Source: Terriglobales bacterium (lineage in GTDB: Bacteria > Acidobacteriota > Terriglobia > Terriglobales > Acidobacteriaceae). Taken from it: a stretch of DNA of 64,000 nt. The stretch spans positions 1,940-65,939 of the forward strand of contig JBEKPJ010000043.1 of assembly GCA_049520935.1 (NCBI GenBank). Reading direction: 5' to 3'. Each line of letters begins with the position of its first letter. The stretch's first letter is position 1. The notes beneath the pieces are model-generated. The model ran no database searches. It worked only from the letters and a program-made list of their open reading frames with translations, and was not told the DNA's origin. Shown piece after piece: positions 8,636 to 16,952 of the stretch. A program made the translations under genes and the position numbers.

Positions 8636-9634
8636 ATGAAATTCATGAGCCTTGGTGTCACCCTTCTGCTCATCTGCTCTGCCTGGCAGTCCGTGCCCCA
8701 GGCAGCCCTGGCCGAACCGATGAAGACCTCAGCCCCCGCCGCCTGGCCGGCGAGTCTCCCGGTCTACGACCACATCGTGATCGTGATTGAAGAGAATAAA
8801 GACTACGAGCAAATCATCGACAACCCGGCGGCACCGTATATCAATGGCATCCTGCGCGCTCAGGGAGCGAGTTTTACGCACATGTACGCCGAGGAGCATC
8901 ACAGCGAAGGTAACTATTTCCATCTCTTCTCCGGGAGCAATCAGAGCACCGGATTTACCGATGCGATCCCGGCGAAATGTTTCACAAGCAGCAATCTCGG
9001 AGAACAACTGATCCGCGCCGGCCGCTCCTTTCAAGGCTATTCCGAAGGTCTGCCCGCAATTGGATTCAGCGAGAAAGGACAAGGCAACTACGCCCGCAAG
9101 CACGTTCCCTGGGTCAGTTTCTGCAATCTCCCGCATGGCAAGACGGTCGCCGATTCCTCCAACCTTCGCTTCCGGGAGGACTTTCCTACGAACCACAATC
9201 TGCTGCCGACGGTGTCCTTTGTGATTCCCAACCTGGTCAATGACATGCACGACGGCGTGGTGCCTTCGAGCATCGCCACCGGAGACGTCTGGCTGCGCGA
9301 TCAACTTGACGCCTATTACCACTGGGCCATGCAGCACAACAGCCTGCTGATTCTGACTTTTGACGAGAGCGGTGCAGCTCCACTATTCGGCGGCTCGACC
9401 AATCCTGCGGCTCTCCGTCGGGACCGATGAAATCGAATTGCCACAATCTTCGCCGGTGCTCATATCTTGCCTGGCGATTATGGTGAGGGAAGGGGCATCA
9501 ATCACGTGAGCATCCTGCGCACTCTCGAGGCAATGTACAAGCTGAATCCGTCGGGAGCGCGGCCGGAGTTGGCGCAAAAAGCCGGAATCACCGATGACCG
9601 CGTCATCACCGACATTTTCGCTACCGGCCATTGA
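8636..9634 (+). pseudogene. Secreted phosphoesterase / acid-phosphatase family (PF04185-like) gene with a single in-frame TGA at 9428-9430
   Basis: Signal peptide MKFMSLGVTLLLICSAWQSVPQAALA. Family motifs are IVIVIEENKDYEQII, APYINGIL and HHSEGNYFHLFSG. After ...LTFDESGAAPLFGGSTNPAALRRDR-TGA the same frame continues for 67 more codons (NRIATIFAGAHILPGDYGEGRGINHVSILRTLEAMYKLNPSG...ATGH) to TGA 9632-9634. This is the conserved C-terminus of the family. Confidence 0.75.
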
Positions 9635-9745
9635 GGAGCCGGATATCTAGCCTGACCACCGCCCGGTCGATCTCGCCCGCGGGCAACAGCCTTCGGGGCT
9701 TTCCGAAGCGCGAAATCCGGTAGACTGAATGCGTCTTCGCACTTC

Positions 9746-11203
9746 ATGCGCCGAGATCGTAGCTCGCCCCTTCGCCAATCCTGCGCCCGCTGCATCGTTG
9801 TCTTCCTACTATGGGGGTGTAGTTTCTGTTCCGCGCAGCAACCCGGGGCAGAATCGGTTCCGCCTCCTGACGCTCCCCACGCAAGCACCCCGCCCAAGCC
9901 CTTTTTGGCCCGCTGGGCCGATTTCTACCGCCAAGACTGGTGGCCGCCGCCAGCTTCTTCGGCCTCTTCCGAGCCTGCGCCGGCGCGTCGAGGCTTGCCC
10001 TCGCCGCTCGATTCGCCGCCCCTGCCCAACTCCGACTGGTCTTATGGCGGAGCCCCGGTCCTCGGCGAACCCGACACCAACAGCTATCCGCTGATGACCG
10101 CCATCAACCAGGCCAAGAGCCGTACCAAGTTTTATGGATGGGTTGAGCCGACCCTGAATTTCAGCACTTCGACAAGCAGCAACGCGCCCGAAGCCAACGA
10201 CGTGTACTCCAATCGTTTTGAGCTCAATCAGATCGTTCTCTATGCGGAACGCCTGCCTGATTCCGTGCAGCAAGATCATCTCGACTGGGGCTACCATCTG
10301 ACTGCCCTTTACGGCACCGACTATCGTTACACCACCGGGAAAGGTTACTGGAGCGGCCAATTACTGACCGATCATCACGAATACGGCTTCGATCCTACGT
10401 TGGAGTATGTGGATATCTACATTCCGCAAGTCGCCCAGGGATTGAATCTGCGGCTCGGCCGATTCATCTCGGTGCCCGGCATCGAGGCGCAACTTGCTCC
10501 CAATAATTACATCTTCAGCCACTCGTTGCTCTATGCAATCGACCCGTTTACTGACACCGGCTTGATGGCGACCGTGAAGTTGAATGACCAATGGCTGGTG
10601 CAACTCGGCATCACCGCGGGGCACGATGTTGCGCCCTGGACTTCGGAGGCCAAGCCCTCCGGCACTGCCTGCTTGAGTTACACGACGAAGTCGGTGAATG
10701 ACAACTTCTATCTCTGTGCCAACGGCATCAACGACGCTAAATACGCCTACAACAACCTGCAGCAGTATGACGCCACCTGGTATCACAAGTTTTCGAAGAC
10801 CGTCCACATGGCCACCGAGTCCTGGTATATGTACGAGCGGGACGTGCCCGCGCTAGCGGGCAATCTCAAGCCTGAAAAGGGTGCCAATGGCGCCGATTGC
10901 CTGCCCGGAGAGCAGCGTTGCACGGCTCCGGAGTACGCGGTGGTCAATTTTCTGCAAAAAGAACTCTCCGCTCACAACTTTGTTTCGTTTCGCAGCGACT
11001 TTCTCGACGACAAAAAAGGTCAGCGCACAGGATACGCGACCAAATACTCGGAAAACACCATCATGTGGTGTCACTGGTTTGGCACCACGGTTCAACTGCG
11101 TCCTGAACTGCGCTTCGAGCGCGCCTGGCTTCAGAAGGCCTACGATACCGGCCGCCGGCAGAGTCAGTTCACGGCTGCGAGTGACCTGATTTTCCACTTC
11201 TGA
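9746..11203 (+). CDS. Outer-membrane beta-barrel porin-like protein (resembles the BBP2/OmpL-like, former DUF1597, family)
   Basis: N-terminal signal-like CIVVFLLWGCSFCSAQ followed by a Pro-rich segment. It contains RFELNQIVLYAE and LRLGRFISVPGIEAQLAPNNYIFSHS, and ends in an aromatic residue (...AASDLIFHF), typical of OM barrels. The family name is from memory. Confidence 0.7.
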   Translation: MRRDRSSPLRQSCARCIVVFLLWGCSFCSAQQPGAESVPPPDAPHASTPPKPFLARWADFYRQDWWPPPASSASSEPAPARRGLPSPLDSPPLPNSDWSYGGAPVLGEPDTNSYPLMTAINQAKSRTKFYGWVEPTLNFSTSTSSNAPEANDVYSNRFELNQIVLYAERLPDSVQQDHLDWGYHLTALYGTDYRYTTGKGYWSGQLLTDHHEYGFDPTLEYVDIYIPQVAQGLNLRLGRFISVPGIEAQLAPNNYIFSHSLLYAIDPFTDTGLMATVKLNDQWLVQLGITAGHDVAPWTSEAKPSGTACLSYTTKSVNDNFYLCANGINDAKYAYNNLQQYDATWYHKFSKTVHMATESWYMYERDVPALAGNLKPEKGANGADCLPGEQRCTAPEYAVVNFLQKELSAHNFVSFRSDFLDDKKGQRTGYATKYSENTIMWCHWFGTTVQLRPELRFERAWLQKAYDTGRRQSQFTAASDLIFHF

Positions 11204-11360
11204 TCCACTCCCGCGGCCCCAATTCCCTGGCTCATCGAACCCGGCACGAACGCGAACGAAAAATGAACTTCCGAGTCTGCGGCCCGCAGGCGTAGCGCGG
11301 TACATTTAGGGACAGGACAATCTACCTGTTCCCCATTTTCATGACCCTGAGGTTCTCCGA

Positions 11361-13214
11361 ATGATGGTTCCGACGAGCCGCCTTTCCAGGATGCATCTGC
11401 CCCATTGCTCGGCCAGCGCGCGCCTCCGATTCTCCGCCCTGCGCGAGCGCCTGCGGAGCATTTCGCCGTGGGTGGCCGCGGTTGTGCTGCTCAGCGCCTC
11501 CTACTGTCCGGCGCAAAACTATGATGGCCCGGCGGAATTGCCCCGCGTGACGGTGCCGACGGAGATGTCGGGCACGCCCGCTTCAGGTTCCATCCTTAAC
11601 GTAAATGGCGGAGGCGATCTACAATCGGCGCTGAACAGTGCCCAGTGTGGCGACGTTATCCAGTTGCAGGCCGGTGCGACCTTCAGCGGGCCGTTCATCC
11701 TGCCCGCCAAAAACTGCGACATCGACCACTGGGTGTGGATTGTCACCAGTGCTTACGCCGCGCTGCCGGCCGAAGGGCATCGCGCCACACCCTGTTACGC
11801 GGGAGTCGCTTCGCTCGCAGGCCGCCCGCAATATGGCTGCGCCAAGCCGGCCAAAGTGATGGCGACGGTGCAAATGCCGATGAACGGGGACGGTCCCTTC
11901 CGGTTGGCACAGGGCGCCAGCTTCTACCGCTTCATCGGACTCGAAATCATGCGTCCGGCTGGAGTTGCATTGCCGGCCCGTCTGATCTCGACGCAGCACA
12001 ACTCCGACCACATCATCGTCGATCGCTCGTGGCTGCACGGGGCGACGCAGGATGAAACTTACGTCGGCGTCAGTCTGGACGGCATGACCAACGGAGCAGT
12101 GATCGATTCCTACTTCAGCGATTTCCATTGCATTTCGACCACCGGTCTTTGCAGCGACGCGCAAGCGGTTGAGGGTGGTGTGAGCGACACGCAGGACGGT
12201 CCTTTCCTGATCCAGAACAACTTTCTCGAAGCCGCGGGCGAAGCGGTCATGTTCGGTGGCGGGGCGGCCACGTTGACTCCGGCGGATATTGAGATTTTGG
12301 GCAACCATTTTTGGAAGCCGTGGCAGTGGATGCCCGGCAACCAGCCCTTTGTCGGCGGCCCGAACGGCAATCCCTTCGTGGTCAAGAATCACCTTGAACT
12401 GAAGAATGCAGTTCGTGTGCTTGTGGACTCGAATCTAATGGAAAACAACTGGGGCGGCTTTACGCAAAGCGGATACGGCATCTTGCTCAACCCCAAGAAC
12501 CAGCACAGGCGCGACGGCGGCAACATGTGTCCACGCTGTGAGGTCACCGATATCACGGTTCGCTATTGCTATATTTCGCACGCGGGCGGCGGAATGAGCA
12601 TGGCCACGACCATCTCGGGTAACGGCAAAAATGGGGGCCAAGGCCTGGCCGGTGCGCGTTGGAGCATTCATGACATCGTTCTCGATGATCTCAGTGTGAA
12701 GTACGTGGGCGACGGCGATGTCTTGTTGCTGGCCAACACCTGGACCAAGAACGCGCTCAATTCCGTCACCATCAATCACATCACCGGATTTCCCGATCCG
12801 ACCACGCACATGATGTTCGTCGGAAACACGGTTCCAACCAACGCCATGTATGGATTGGTCTTCACCAACAATCTGCTGACGACGGCCCAGTATCCGGTAT
12901 GGAACGTGGGAGGGAAGGACAGCTGTTCCCGACGTGACGTGCCGCTGACCAGCATCGAGGAATGTTTCAAAACCAGCACGTTCCTAAACAACGGGTTGAT
13001 CGCGACCCCGCCGCAATTTCCTCCATCGACCTGGCCGGCGAATAATCTGTTCCCGCAAACCGTCGCGGATGTCCAATTCGCGAATTTCAACAACGGGGAT
13101 GGTGGAGACTACGAACTTCTCCCCAGCAGTCCCTTCAAGAACGCCGGCACCGACGGCAAAGATCTCGGCGCCGATATCGTGGGCCTCAATGCTGCACTGG
13201 CGAACGTCGAATAG
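11361..13214 (+). CDS. Secreted right-handed parallel beta-helix (pectin-lyase-fold-like) protein, function unknown
   Basis: Signal-like SPWVAAVVLLSASYCPAQ. GGDLQSALNSAQCGDVIQLQAGATFSGPFILP is the typical N-terminal cap of beta-helix proteins. The rest is Gly/Asn/Thr-rich. Start is 11361 or a nearby downstream ATG. Confidence 0.7.
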   Translation: MMVPTSRLSRMHLPHCSASARLRFSALRERLRSISPWVAAVVLLSASYCPAQNYDGPAELPRVTVPTEMSGTPASGSILNVNGGGDLQSALNSAQCGDVIQLQAGATFSGPFILPAKNCDIDHWVWIVTSAYAALPAEGHRATPCYAGVASLAGRPQYGCAKPAKVMATVQMPMNGDGPFRLAQGASFYRFIGLEIMRPAGVALPARLISTQHNSDHIIVDRSWLHGATQDETYVGVSLDGMTNGAVIDSYFSDFHCISTTGLCSDAQAVEGGVSDTQDGPFLIQNNFLEAAGEAVMFGGGAATLTPADIEILGNHFWKPWQWMPGNQPFVGGPNGNPFVVKNHLELKNAVRVLVDSNLMENNWGGFTQSGYGILLNPKNQHRRDGGNMCPRCEVTDITVRYCYISHAGGGMSMATTISGNGKNGGQGLAGARWSIHDIVLDDLSVKYVGDGDVLLLANTWTKNALNSVTINHITGFPDPTTHMMFVGNTVPTNAMYGLVFTNNLLTTAQYPVWNVGGKDSCSRRDVPLTSIEECFKTSTFLNNGLIATPPQFPPSTWPANNLFPQTVADVQFANFNNGDGGDYELLPSSPFKNAGTDGKDLGADIVGLNAALANVE

Positions 13215-13325
13215 TGCAGCGGAAGACCTGGAATGGCGGACACCGCGGCCCTTGCCGGCCGCGCCAGGCCCGATTCGGGCCACTCCCGGTTCCAACCCGG
13301 AACCGCGACCGTGGTCGAAACCGTC

Positions 13326-13351
13326 GCCGGCAACGCCCGGGCCGGCGTTTG
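13326..13351 (+). terminator. Candidate intrinsic terminator after the beta-helix gene
   Basis: CGCCGGC (13326-13332), a 9-nt loop, then GCCGGCG (13342-13348) followed by TTTG. It is the third of three consecutive GC hairpins. Confidence 0.3.
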
Positions 13352-13640
13352 CGAAGCGGGCCGAAGTTGCTGGCTGATCGGCGCGACCCACAGTCCCCAG
13401 CCTTTCCCCTCCCGGGCGCTCCCAAGTGGACAACTGTTTTGAAACGTTTGATATTGCCCAACGGAATCCGCAACTGAGGAGTCACTCCATGAGGGGCCTG
13501 CTCCTGCAAATTGCCCCGTTTCTACCCATCGTCGCCGCCATCGGTTTGCCTTGGGACTCGCATCTCTCGCCCGGTGGGGGGAGACGATCACTGGCCATGC
13601 CTTTCTCGAACGAAACTGCGACCCGGCGGCGAGCGACAAA

Positions 13641-14483
13641 CTAGCGCCCACCGCCGGTTTCTAGCAACTCTGCGGCGATTTCAGGAATTACTTTCGCCTC
13701 TGCTCGCAGGCGATACCAGACGATGATCGCGAACAGCGAGAACAGGAAGATGATGGTTGAGATGGCGTTGATTTCTGGGGTGATGCCTCGGCGGAGGCGG
13801 CCCCAGATTTCCAGGGGAAGCGTGTTGTCCCGGCCAATCAGGAAGAAGCTTACGGCGATCTCGTCGAGCGAGAGGGTGAAGATGAGCAGGGCGGCTCCGA
13901 TGATCGAGAGCTTTAGATTGGGGACGGTGATGCGCCAGAAAGTTTGCCAGTAAGTCGCCCCTAGATCTAAAGAAGCTTCTTCTTGGGCGCGGTTCAGCTT
14001 CTGCAACCCGGCGAAGACCTCGGTGGTGGCTACGGAGATGAGAGCGGTGCCGTGTCCTAAGACGATGGTGACCAAGCTTAGTCGGACTCCGGATACTCGG
14101 AACAGCATGAGTAACGAGAGGCCGGTGATGATTCCCGGCAGAATCAGCGGCAAGAGAACCAGTCGGCGGAAGAGGGCTTTGCCGGGGAATTGCGCGCGAT
14201 CGAGAGCCAAAGCGGCGGGGATTCCAAACAGGAGTGCGATGAGCATCGCCGCCGCGGCTACGATCAGGCTGTTGAGAACTGAATCCCAGATGGGGGCGTC
14301 CTGGAACAGAACCCGATACCAGTCGAGGGTTAGGTCGTGCGGGGGGAACCCGCCAACGCCTTGTCGGTTGAAGGAATAAAGGATGAGGATGCAAATGGGG
14401 AGATAGAGAAAGGTGAACACGGCTAGGGCGTGAGCAGTTAGCCAGCGTGGGCGTGGAACGATCTGGGGTCGGGAAATCTTCAT
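13641..14483 (-). CDS. potC: Spermidine/putrescine ABC transporter permease PotC
   Basis: ATG 14483 gives MKISRPQIVPRPRWLTAHALAVFTFLYLPICILILYSFN, collinear with the PotC N-terminus. EAA-loop region QEEASLDLGATYWQTFWRITVPNL. The 123-codon upstream extension of the ORF is Arg/Pro-rich and looks non-coding. Confidence 0.85.
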   Translation of the reverse strand: MKISRPQIVPRPRWLTAHALAVFTFLYLPICILILYSFNRQGVGGFPPHDLTLDWYRVLFQDAPIWDSVLNSLIVAAAAMLIALLFGIPAALALDRAQFPGKALFRRLVLLPLILPGIITGLSLLMLFRVSGVRLSLVTIVLGHGTALISVATTEVFAGLQKLNRAQEEASLDLGATYWQTFWRITVPNLKLSIIGAALLIFTLSLDEIAVSFFLIGRDNTLPLEIWGRLRRGITPEINAISTIIFLFSLFAIIVWYRLRAEAKVIPEIAAELLETGGGR

Positions 14484-14902
14484 CGCAAAGCGTGGGCAGT
14501 CCAATTCCGCAAAAAGCCAGTCGCTCGAAGCAGGGTCAAGCCGGCGGACAACTGCAAGCCGAGGCGAACGACCTTGGGTCGCATTTCCCGAACCGGCAGG
14601 ATCAGGCTGCCAAGCCGAACCAGTTCGCTGATCCATCCGCCGGCGCGGCAAAATATGGCCGCCAGCGCGTAAGACAAAACCGTCAGCCAGGGTCTGCCTG
14701 TATCCTCGCCGGCTTCCGCCCCATGCCCGGGGGCGAAGGCGGCGACCGAACCGGATCCAAGCCAGGCCACCGGGAGGAAACCGGGATGCAGAACGGGGCC
14801 AATCTTCCACCATCGGATCGCCTCCCGCAGCGGTTTCACGCGTCCCCAGCAATCGCCGGGTACGACGCCGCCTGCGGCAAGCAAACGCATGCTTTTGCTC
14901 AT
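14480..14902 (-). CDS. Unknown 140-aa ORF inserted between potB and potC
   Basis: ATG 14902..14900 overlaps the potB stop (TCATGA). Its TGA 14482..14480 overlaps the potC ATG (GATGAA). By hand count, third-position GC is ~71% in this frame against ~57% in the other open minus frame, and first-position G is ~38%. Product: MSKSMRLLAAGGVVPGDCWGRVKPLREAIRWWKIGPVLHPGFLPVAWLGSGS...LRNWTAHALR. It is Trp-rich with 1-2 hydrophobic stretches, and I recognise no family. Confidence 0.5.
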   Translation of the reverse strand: MSKSMRLLAAGGVVPGDCWGRVKPLREAIRWWKIGPVLHPGFLPVAWLGSGSVAAFAPGHGAEAGEDTGRPWLTVLSYALAAIFCRAGGWISELVRLGSLILPVREMRPKVVRLGLQLSAGLTLLRATGFLRNWTAHALR

Positions 14903-15747
14903 GAAAAACTCCACTTCTTCTCCAGTCGCTCGGAGAAAATGATCAGGCTCAGCACCAGCGCCAGCATGCAGAGGGAGATGGCCGCGCCGAGGGGCCAATC
15001 GTAGGCGGCCCCGAACAGGCTCACCACGATGTTCGAGATCATGACGCCGCTTGGTCCGCCGAGCAGCAGAGGCGCGAGAAAATCTCCCAGGCTCAGGACG
15101 AAGGCCAGGGTTGCTCCGGCGAGCACTCCGGGGATGGAGAGGGGAAAGATCACGCGCCAGAAGGTTTGCCCGGGCGTCCCTCCGAGGTCATGGGAAGCCT
15201 CGACCAGGTTTCTCGGAATGTGTTCGAGGGATGCGTAGATGGGAAGAAAGGTAAACGGAGTATAGATGTGCGTCAATGTAAGCACAACCGCGAACGGGCT
15301 GTAGAGGAGGAAGTCGAGGGGATGCGTAGTCATGTGAACATATTGCAGCAACGTGTTCAAGACCCCGTCTGTGCCTAGAATGGTCTTCCAGGCGTAGGCG
15401 CGGACGAGGTAACTCACCCATAGCGGAATAATTACCAACTGATAGTAGAGATCCTTTCTTCCCCCCGCGTGGAAGGAGAGGAAGTAGGCGAGCGGATAGC
15501 CCAGCAGCATGGAGAAGAATACGACGCGAATGGCGATCCCCATGGAGCGGAGAAGCGTTTGCCAGTAGAGGGGCTTGGTCAGGAGGTCATGGTAGTTCTG
15601 CAAATTCCAGGAGTGGACGATCGTGCCCGACTCGGAGACGGACCAGAAGCTGTAGCAGAACATCAGCAGATACGGCACCAGGAGAAAAACGGCGACCCAC
15701 ACGAGCGGGGGGACGGTGACGGCGGTGCGGTAGGCGCGGGAGAACAT
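14899..15747 (-). CDS. potB: Spermidine/putrescine ABC transporter permease PotB
   Basis: ATG 15747 gives MFSRAYRTAVTVPPLVWVAVFLLVPYLLMFCYSFW. EAA loop LVEASHDLGGTPGQTFWRVIFPLSIPG. The start overlaps the potA stop by 1 nt (TGATG). Confidence 0.85.
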   Translation of the reverse strand: MFSRAYRTAVTVPPLVWVAVFLLVPYLLMFCYSFWSVSESGTIVHSWNLQNYHDLLTKPLYWQTLLRSMGIAIRVVFFSMLLGYPLAYFLSFHAGGRKDLYYQLVIIPLWVSYLVRAYAWKTILGTDGVLNTLLQYVHMTTHPLDFLLYSPFAVVLTLTHIYTPFTFLPIYASLEHIPRNLVEASHDLGGTPGQTFWRVIFPLSIPGVLAGATLAFVLSLGDFLAPLLLGGPSGVMISNIVVSLFGAAYDWPLGAAISLCMLALVLSLIIFSERLEKKWSFS

Positions 15748-16877
15748 CAGCGAGGCTCCTTGGCGAGGGAGGCGAGGTCGGTTGCGCGAACTGGTATGGC
15801 ATCCGCGGCTGAGAATTCGAATTCCAGCGGACCGCCAGGCAGATCGCGGCTGGCGGTGCGGACGGTGAGGATCAACCCGCCATCGCACTCGACGCGCAGC
15901 AGATCGGTTGCTCCGTGGAATGCCTGATCGCGAATCCGGGCGCGAAAGCGAATATTCGGAGACGCCTGGGTAGAGCTGATGGCTGGAGGTGCAATCTTGG
16001 CCAATCGAATGCACTCCGGGCGCAGCGAGAACAGGGTCTCGCCATCGGGCAGGGATGCGGGCCACGTGAGCCGGTCGCACATCGCCGTGCCTCGCACAAT
16101 ATCGGCTTTCAGCAGATTGGTGTGTCCGATGAATTGCGCCGTGTAGGAAGTCGCAGGGCGGTTGTAGATCTCGCGCGGGCTGGCCACCTGCTCGAGCTCT
16201 CCCGAGCGCAGCAAGGCGATGCGATCCGACATCACCATGGCTTCCTCCTGATCGTGCGTGACGAAGACGAAGGTGATGCCGACTTCGCGCTGCAGGGCCT
16301 TGAGTTCGACTTGCATTTGACGGCGCAGGTTGGCGTCGAGCGCGGAGAGCGGTTCATCGAGCAAAAGCAGCCGCGGACGATTTACTAACGCGCGGGCGAG
16401 GGCGATGCGTTGCTGCTGGCCGCCGCTGATCTTGGAGGGCTTGGACTTGGCATATGCCGACATTTTGACCTTCGCGAGCGCCTCGCTGACACGCGACAGG
16501 ATCTCAGGGGTGGGACGCTTTGCGATCTGCAATCCGTAGCCGACGTTCTGTTCTACGGTCATGTGCGGGAAAAGTGCGTAATGCTGGAAGACAGTGTTTA
16601 TACGGCGGCGATAGGGAGGTTCGGTATCGAGACGTTCGCCGGACATCCAGACTTCCCCGGAGGTGGTATGTTCGAAGCCGGCGAGAATTCGCAGCAAGGT
16701 GGTTTTTCCTGAGCCGCTTTCGCCCAGGATGGTGAGGAATTCGCCTTCGGCGATTTCGAGCGAGACGTCACGTAACACCACGTTCTTGCCGAAGTGCTTG
16801 GCGACGGAGCGGATGGAGAGCAGGGCGGGATTGGGGGGACTGCTGGCGTCGGGCACGGATTCCGCAATGGTTTTCAT
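15747..16877 (-). CDS. potA: Spermidine/putrescine ABC transporter ATPase PotA
   Basis: Walker A GESGSGKTT, signature ISGGQQQRIALARAL, Walker B LLLLDEPLSALD, and a C-terminal TOBE-like domain. The start is taken at ATG 16877 (MKTIAESV...); upstream ATGs are possible. Confidence 0.9.
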   Translation of the reverse strand: MKTIAESVPDASSPPNPALLSIRSVAKHFGKNVVLRDVSLEIAEGEFLTILGESGSGKTTLLRILAGFEHTTSGEVWMSGERLDTEPPYRRRINTVFQHYALFPHMTVEQNVGYGLQIAKRPTPEILSRVSEALAKVKMSAYAKSKPSKISGGQQQRIALARALVNRPRLLLLDEPLSALDANLRRQMQVELKALQREVGITFVFVTHDQEEAMVMSDRIALLRSGELEQVASPREIYNRPATSYTAQFIGHTNLLKADIVRGTAMCDRLTWPASLPDGETLFSLRPECIRLAKIAPPAISSTQASPNIRFRARIRDQAFHGATDLLRVECDGGLILTVRTASRDLPGGPLEFEFSAADAIPVRATDLASLAKEPR

Positions 16878-16952
16878 GGCTGCTTGTTTGGTGCTGGCTT
16901 GCCGCATTTTGCCGGCGACCGCACCCGGGCACACCGTGCCCGCTGGTCTCTG

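Noticed and set aside
9428-9430. In-frame TGA as selenocysteine or as a reassigned sense codon
   Set aside because: The context (R-D-R-TGA-N-R) is not a redox or Cys-type site, and I see no SECIS-like hairpin immediately downstream. UGA clearly functions as stop elsewhere in the window (potA, and the prfB frameshift site). The neighbouring decayed gene carries in-frame TAA and TAG as well, which argues for nonsense mutations or errors rather than recoding.
13489-13644. 51-codon plus-strand ORF (MRGLLLQIAPFLPIVAAIGLPW...) with GAGGAG 7 nt upstream and one hydrophobic segment
   Set aside because: It is short, its C-terminal half is Arg/Gly/Ser-rich, and it runs into the 3' end of potC on the opposite strand. 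The support is insufficient without conservation or expression data.
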